A DNA stretch of 64,000 nucleotides, from positions 153,077 through 217,076 of the forward strand of contig CBDANC010000012.1 in assembly GCA_965197425.1 (NCBI GenBank). Reading direction: 5' to 3'. The stretch's first letter is position 1. Each line of letters opens with the position of its first letter. The notes below the pieces were generated by a model. It was not told where the DNA came from, did no database searches, and saw only the letters and a list, made by a program, of their open reading frames with translations. The position numbers were made by a program, and so were the translations under genes. Source of the DNA: Bdellovibrionales bacterium (GTDB taxonomy: Bacteria; Bdellovibrionota; Bdellovibrionia; Bdellovibrionales; JAUICD01). This document shows positions 62,015 to 64,000 of this stretch, in pieces.

Positions 62015-62331
62015 GTGCCTACGGCACAAGCATTTAGTTGGTGGAGTACAAAGTATAATTTTTGTTCTCACCTCCACAAACCGCCTCCACCCGCAGGGTG
62101 GTGCCTACAGCACGGGTATTTAACTGGCACCTTACAGGTGCAGGTATTTAATTAGTGGAATACAAAATATAACGTATGTTTTCGCCACCATCAAATACCT
62201 CCCCCGTAGGGGGTGCCTTACAGGCACTGCTATTAGCTGGTGGAGTACAAGATATGATTTATGTTTTACCACCACTAAATACCTCCCCCGTAGGGGGTGC
62301 CGAAGGCACAAACACCAGCACCCGTAGGGTG
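62015..62331. repeat. Family A cluster (three units plus fragments, nine mini-hairpins)
   Basis: GTGCC-TAC-GGCAC, CCACCC-GCA-GGGTGG, GCACCT-TAC-AGGTGC, CCCCC-GTA-GGGGG twice, GTGCCT-TAC-AGGCAC, GTGCC-GAA-GGCAC, CACCC-GTA-GGGTG. Confidence 0.92.
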
Positions 62332-62416
62332 TAAATCTAGTTGTAATGTACAATGAACACTACCCTGTTTCAAGCAATTTTGTTATCCTGACAGTACAGT
62401 AGAGGATAAGATTTTT

Positions 62417-63718
62417 ATGTTAGAGAACAGAACTCACTCTAAGAGCTCTATAAAGAATCGTGGAGTTGCCTTATTAATATCACTATTTAGCATAATGATG
62501 TTAAGTTTTATTGCAGTTGAGGTAAGTTACGATACTAGTATTGACTACATTATATCGAGCAAAGAGTACCATAAACTAAGAGCATATTATGCGGCTAAGT
62601 CTGGTGTAGAATTATCATTACTTAGAATTTCATTATATCAAAAGGCAGTATTTGCTTTAAATAACCTTCCTCCCGCACTGAAAGGTGTATTAAAAAAGAG
62701 TATGTTAAACATGATATGGAATTTCCCACTATCTTGGCCTATTACTTTACCCGCTGATTTATCTACTGTAGATAAACAAAGTATAGATGAAATTAGTGGT
62801 GAATCTCTTTTAGAAGGTGTTAAGTATGAAACCAAAATTACCAGTGAAGGTTCTAAAATTGATCTAACTTCTTTTACCTATGGCAAGCCTGCACTAGCCG
62901 ATGCCACCAAACAACAACTAGTAAGTCTATTTAGAAATTACTTAGACTCATTGGAGACAGATTCTCCATTAGAAGATGTAGACTATGAAAGAGTAATAGG
63001 AAATATTCAGGATTGGGTAGATCATGATGAAAAAAGTTTCGATAACAGAAGTGAATCTTCACTATATGAAGAAGAGAATTTACCCCCAAACAGAGCGTTT
63101 AGGACTGTCGAGGAATTAAGAATGGTAAGTGGGATTACCAATGATGTATTTAATTTTTTACTGCCTCATATAACAGTATATGGAGCAGCTGGTATTAACC
63201 CAAACAACGCAAGTGATATAATATTAGCATCCATTCATCCTAACATTACAGATCAAGTAGTGGCCCGTATGCATGACTACTTTGATCAAACAGGTCCTTT
63301 TAACGATGTGAATGAATTTTTTAATTTTTTAAGCAGATTTAATGTACCCACAAATGAAATAGAAAGGTCTAGTCTCTATTTTTCTGATACAGACGGAGAA
63401 ATAAATTTTTCAATAAAAAGCGTGGGGCAATCTGGAAGCATTAACAAAGAAATTCAGGTAGTGGTTTATGACAAAAGCAAGATAAGTGCTAAATTAGGGC
63501 TAAACCAAAACCCTCAAAATAATCCGGGGCAAAATCCGCCTGGTGGTGCAACACAACCTCCCTCCGGAGGCACTACAGCACAAAATCCCACTCCTGGAGG
63601 TAATCCAGGACAAAATCCGCCTGGTGGTGCAGGACAACCTACTCCAGGAGCTAATCCAGCACAAAATACTGCTCCACCGGATAAAAGGCCTACCATCATC
63701 TACTGGTACGAAAATTAA
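62417..63718 (+). CDS. gspK: T2SS minor pseudopilin K
   Basis: RG/VALL, AYYAAKSG, KIDL, DWVD.D, EEL.MV.G, INPN.A. Confidence 0.9.
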   Translation: MLENRTHSKSSIKNRGVALLISLFSIMMLSFIAVEVSYDTSIDYIISSKEYHKLRAYYAAKSGVELSLLRISLYQKAVFALNNLPPALKGVLKKSMLNMIWNFPLSWPITLPADLSTVDKQSIDEISGESLLEGVKYETKITSEGSKIDLTSFTYGKPALADATKQQLVSLFRNYLDSLETDSPLEDVDYERVIGNIQDWVDHDEKSFDNRSESSLYEEENLPPNRAFRTVEELRMVSGITNDVFNFLLPHITVYGAAGINPNNASDIILASIHPNITDQVVARMHDYFDQTGPFNDVNEFFNFLSRFNVPTNEIERSSLYFSDTDGEINFSIKSVGQSGSINKEIQVVVYDKSKISAKLGLNQNPQNNPGQNPPGGATQPPSGGTTAQNPTPGGNPGQNPPGGAGQPTPGANPAQNTAPPDKRPTIIYWYEN

Positions 63719-63722
63719 AACA

Positions 63723-64000
63723 AAGGTCTTCCTAATCAAACCAAAAAATGGATTTGTGAAATGATTGGACGAAGTCCAAATGTAGCCAAGACATTTTTTA
63801 GTTTGATGGTTGCCCAGCTCTGGAACACGATGCTGATCTAGTAACTTAAGGTCTTCCGAATCAAGTTAAAAGATGTCTTGGTGAAATGTAAGACGAAGTC
63901 CAAATGTAACCAAGACACCTTTTAGCTTGATGGTTGCCCAGCTCTGGAACACGATGCTGATCTAGTAACTTAAGGTCTTCCAAACGAGGCAAATAAGGGA
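63723..64000 (+). repeat. Head-to-tail array of family B, B and C elements (runs off the window end)
   Basis: Units 63723-63838, 63848-63962 and 63972->64000, joined by the identical linker TAGTAACTT. Confidence 0.93.

Noticed and set aside
62015..62331. Rho-independent terminators as the explanation for family A hairpins
   Set aside because: No U-tracts follow the stems, the hairpins occur between divergent and co-directional genes, and loop polarity is symmetric about the element rather than tied to transcription.
63723..64000. CRISPR array
   Set aside because: Units are about 115 bp with homologous interiors rather than unique spacers, copies are dispersed in both orientations, and no cas gene is present.

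Overview
AT-rich bacterial chromosome segment whose gene content and order suggest a Bdellovibrionota (Bdellovibrio-like) organism; this is an inference from protein families and synteny. Housekeeping blocks: tRNA-Gln with tilS-ftsH-glmM-pdxJ-nnr-tsaE; a type II secretion locus (gspCDEF, then gspGHIJ, with gspK displaced about 42 kb downstream); ppiD with mreC-mreD-mrdA-rodA; lepB; murE-murF-mraY-murD-ftsW-murG-murC-murB; priA; pyrE; alr-mlaEFD. Several secreted or accessory genes (ankyrin, vWA lipoprotein, matrixin protease, Ig-repeat lipoprotein, CHAD, four-helix bundle) sit inside or between these operons. The main unexplained signal is non-coding and consists of two dispersed structured DNA element families. 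Family A is a central imperfect stem bracketed by GC-rich mini-hairpins whose stems covary and whose loops are always GNA triloops. Family B/C has fixed asymmetric ends (AAGGTCTTCCGAA ... TGGTTGCCCAGCTCT...CACGATGCTGATC) enclosing interchangeable long hairpins, and forms head-to-tail arrays. The elements mark operon breakpoints and inserted genes, supply stop codons, start codons and ribosome-binding sites to core genes, and bracket a four-helix-bundle (Avd/IVP-fold) gene whose RBS lies in a 24-bp hairpin. No transposase, integrase, reverse transcriptase or Cas gene is visible in the window.
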